From: a virus
Taxonomy: Duplodnaviria > Caudoviricetes
Virus record (IMG/VR): IMGVR_UViG_3300027711_000008
Span: 1 to 38,472 of that record
Direction: 5' to 3' (one strand)
DNA: 38,472 bases
This document shows positions 36,076-38,472 of the stretch, in pieces (position 1 is the stretch's first letter; each line of letters opens with the position of its first letter). Position numbers and translations under genes: made by a program. The notes below the pieces were generated by a model. The model did not search any database. It was not told where the DNA came from and saw only the letters and a program-made list of their open reading frames with translations.

Positions 36076-36084
36076 TCAACACGA

Positions 36085-36121
36085 CCCTGGCCAATGCTCA
36101 GCACGCCGGGGTTTTTATTTT
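36085..36121 (+). terminator. Terminator-like hairpin
   Basis: ACCCTGGC...GCCGGGGT plus T tract. Confidence 0.5.
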
Positions 36122-36140
36122 CCAGATGCCGAGACCGCCC

Positions 36141-36563
36141 ATGAACCGCGAGCTACTCAGATCACAACTTGATCGGCACGAAGGACTGCGTCTGCGTGTT
36201 TACCGGGACACTGTGGGCAAGGCGACCATTGGCTATGGCCGAAACCTGGACGACGTGGGCATAAGCCGCGATGAGGCAGAATTTATGCTCAATAACGACA
36301 TTGAAAAAGTTGAGCGTCAACTGGCGACGGTTAGCGAGTACCGTGAGCTGGACGCAGTGCGCCAGACCGTTATCGCAAACATGTGCTTCAACCTCGGGTT
36401 TCGCGGGCTGATGAACTTCTCCCGCATGTGGGCGGCCATTGGCAAGGGTGATTACGAAGAGGCCGCCAAGCAAATGATGAAGTCAAAGTGGGCCAGTCAA
36501 GTCGGTACGCGCGCCGTTGAGCTCTCGGAGATCATGCGTACTGGCGGAGTTGACGGTGACTGA
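36141..36563 (+). CDS. Endolysin (T4 lysozyme-like GH24)
   Basis: HEGLRLRVYRDTVGKATIGYGRNL catalytic E-D-T triad; SKWASQVGTRA. Confidence 0.92.
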   Translation: MNRELLRSQLDRHEGLRLRVYRDTVGKATIGYGRNLDDVGISRDEAEFMLNNDIEKVERQLATVSEYRELDAVRQTVIANMCFNLGFRGLMNFSRMWAAIGKGDYEEAAKQMMKSKWASQVGTRAVELSEIMRTGGVDGD

Positions 36564-36837
36564 TATGGTTGATCGCCGAGGCTGGCACATCGATAAAGGC
36601 GTCAATATCGCTGTCATTATCACTGTGCTGGGTATTGCGTACGCCGGCGTACAAAAGCTGTCCGTTCAAGATGAGCGAATAAGTAAGATCGAGCTGAGCG
36701 TCCAGTACCTACAGCAATCCCGCGTCAGTGATCAGCAGCGTACTGAAAAGAAGTTTGATGAGATCAAAACGGATCTCAGAACGATCAACGCCAATCTGCT
36801 AAGACTGCTGGAAAAACGTGAACAACCCTCCCGATAA
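36556..36837 (+). CDS. Single-TM coiled-coil lysis-cassette protein (holin/antiholin-like)
   Basis: WHIDKGVNIAVIITVL TM segment then coiled coil. Confidence 0.55.
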   Translation: MTDMVDRRGWHIDKGVNIAVIITVLGIAYAGVQKLSVQDERISKIELSVQYLQQSRVSDQQRTEKKFDEIKTDLRTINANLLRLLEKREQPSR

Positions 36838-37039
36838 CAACATGTACTGGCGTCACCGTCGCAGGTTAGCGTTTGTCGCAATGACGGCCTTGGTAACAAC
36901 ACTCGGCGCTGCTATCGCGGGCTTTATAAGACCAGAGGCGATGCCGTTGATTGAGGGTCTTTCTTGGACGTTCACGGCGATAGTGGTCAGCTACTACGGC
37001 AACAATGCTTTTGAAGCGTTCGCGAATAGACCAAAATGA
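36818..37039 (+). CDS. Putative holin (2 TM)
   Basis: Two hydrophobic segments, basic N-terminus, in lysis cassette. Confidence 0.6.
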   Translation: MNNPPDNNMYWRHRRRLAFVAMTALVTTLGAAIAGFIRPEAMPLIEGLSWTFTAIVVSYYGNNAFEAFANRPK

Positions 37040-37410
37040 TACTCGGACGAATCAAGATGATTGCATTGGCGATTGCAGGCACAGCATTCCTTGGTCTTGG
37101 TGCTTTGTCTTGGTGGCTACACGAAAACAACCAGGCGCTCGTCTCAGAACAGCAAAGGCTCAAACAAACAAACACAGCGCTGGCAGACTCAGCCGAGAAT
37201 CAAAAGGCCGTTGCCGACACTCTCGCCGCCGACATCAGCAAGCGCGACGATCTGGCACAAAGAGCGATACAGGCCCGAGACGAGGCCGATAAACGACTCA
37301 ACCGAGTAAGGCAGCAACTACATGACGCACTGGAAGCAGATCGCTGTGCTCGTGAGCCTCATCCCGCTGCTCTCGGTGACTGGCTGCGCAAGCACTCAGA
37401 CGGTCTATAA
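37036..37410 (+). CDS. i-spanin (Rz-like)
   Basis: N-terminal TM, coiled coil, C-terminal Cys; overlaps o-spanin. Confidence 0.75.
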   Translation: MILGRIKMIALAIAGTAFLGLGALSWWLHENNQALVSEQQRLKQTNTALADSAENQKAVADTLAADISKRDDLAQRAIQARDEADKRLNRVRQQLHDALEADRCAREPHPAALGDWLRKHSDGL

Positions 37411-37437
37411 GACCAACACGATCTATCGCAACCCTCC
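37311..37437. repeat. Exact 127-bp direct repeat, copy 2
   Basis: Identical to 1-127. Confidence 0.95.
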
Positions 37438-37588
37438 CGCCTTTCTGCTGGCTGACTGCCCAATTCCTGAGTACACCGGCACGATCTGGGAAGATGTTGC
37501 CGCGTATACGGGAGAGGTACTAACCATGCTGAGCATCTGCAACACAGATAAGGAATTGCTGAGGGATTGGGTGAGCACGCATGAGTAA
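37322..37588 (+). CDS. o-spanin (Rz1-like lipoprotein), allele B
   Basis: Same N-terminus as 12-278, diverged C-terminal half. Confidence 0.8.
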   Translation: MTHWKQIAVLVSLIPLLSVTGCASTQTVYKTNTIYRNPPAFLLADCPIPEYTGTIWEDVAAYTGEVLTMLSICNTDKELLRDWVSTHE

Positions 37589-38096
37589 GCTAACCCCAAA
37601 ACAACAGCGCTTTGTCGAAGAGTACCTTATCGACTTAAACGCTACTCAGGCTGCAATCAGGGCTGGATATAGCAAGAAAACGGCCTACAGAACAGGCGCT
37701 GATAACCTCAAGAAACCTCAAATTGCCGAATTGCTTGAAAAAAGATCATCTGAAAGATCTGGAAGAACTCAGACTGACGCTGATTATGTTCTTACTCGGC
37801 TTCGCGAGATCGACGAACTGGATATTGCCGACATACTAGATGACGCTGGCAAAGTAAAACCTGTCACTCAGTGGCCGAAGCCGTGGCGCCAGTCTATTAC
37901 AGGCGCGGACCTGCACGAGCTTCAGGTGGGCGACGTAATGACCGTTGTCCGCAAGATCAAGTGGCCGGACAAGCTGCGCACCCTTGAGCTGATAGGCAAG
38001 CACGTTAGCGTAAAAGCGTTTGAGGAGTCGCAGCAGGGCGGGTCTGAGGATCTGGCCAAGGCACTTTCAGATCTGGCCGACAAGCTACCAGGATGA
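37581..38096 (+). CDS. terS: Terminase small subunit, allele B (Terminase_2 family)
   Basis: LTPKQQRFVEEYLIDLNATQAAIRAGYS...KIKWPDKLRTLELIGKH. Confidence 0.92.
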   Translation: MSKLTPKQQRFVEEYLIDLNATQAAIRAGYSKKTAYRTGADNLKKPQIAELLEKRSSERSGRTQTDADYVLTRLREIDELDIADILDDAGKVKPVTQWPKPWRQSITGADLHELQVGDVMTVVRKIKWPDKLRTLELIGKHVSVKAFEESQQGGSEDLAKALSDLADKLPG

Positions 38097-38472
38097 GCCC
38101 GGCAACGAAGCGACAGCTTGAGCGTTGGTACAAGCTCAAGGACATACCCGAGCAAGTGCGGCTCATTACTGAGCAGGCGCGGTTCAAGGTTGTTCCAGCC
38201 GGCCGTCGATCCGGCAAGACCGAGCGAGCCAAACGGTTTCTGGCCAAGCAGGCTATGAAGAATCCCGGTGAAACCTACTTTGCGGCGGCTCCAACTCAGG
38301 ATCAAGCCCGAAAGATATGGTTTGACGACCTGTGCGCGTTAACCCTTTCATCTGTGCACCCTTCGCGGCCAAAGGTAAGCCCGCAACCGATCATCACGCT
38401 CCCCAACGGCACCGAGATACACATCATCGGGATGGATAAGCCGCAGCGGATTGAAGGCATTGGCTGGACCGG
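38093..38472 (+). CDS. terL: Terminase large subunit, allele B (5' partial, runs off contig)
   Basis: MSPATKRQLERWYKLKDIPEQVRLITEQARFKVVPAGRRSGKT; homologous to 961-1340 with many synonymous changes. Confidence 0.9.
   Translation, partial: MSPATKRQLERWYKLKDIPEQVRLITEQARFKVVPAGRRSGKTERAKRFLAKQAMKNPGETYFAAAPTQDQARKIWFDDLCALTLSSVHPSRPKVSPQPIITLPNGTEIHIIGMDKPQRIEGIGWT

Overview
Essentially complete ~37.3 kb siphovirus genome with lambdoid-style organisation. The host is probably a gammaproteobacterium (inference from gene families only). Order: packaging/head/tail genes (+, 271-18499), a leftward early operon (-, 18571-27468: mosaic small genes, SSB, YqaJ exonuclease, ERF), then a rightward cro-replication-methylase-nin-Q-like-lysis operon (27620-37588). 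Bases 1-127 are identical to 37311-37437, after which the two ends carry different alleles of o-spanin/terS/terL, so the contig appears to run once round a circle and into a second packaging variant. No integrase or CI repressor is recognisable. Main discovery: a 255-nt group I intron (23631-23885, - strand) splits the ssb gene inside its C-terminal DDD|IPF tip. It is followed directly by a free-standing HNH-like endonuclease gene with its own promoter and an RBS-sequestering hairpin. Other notable items are a repeat-linked array of modular small genes, a -1 frameshift tail chaperone missed by the ORF track, and a second HNH/NUMOD cassette with a structured RNA leader. All product calls come from motif recognition and synteny; no database searches were run.
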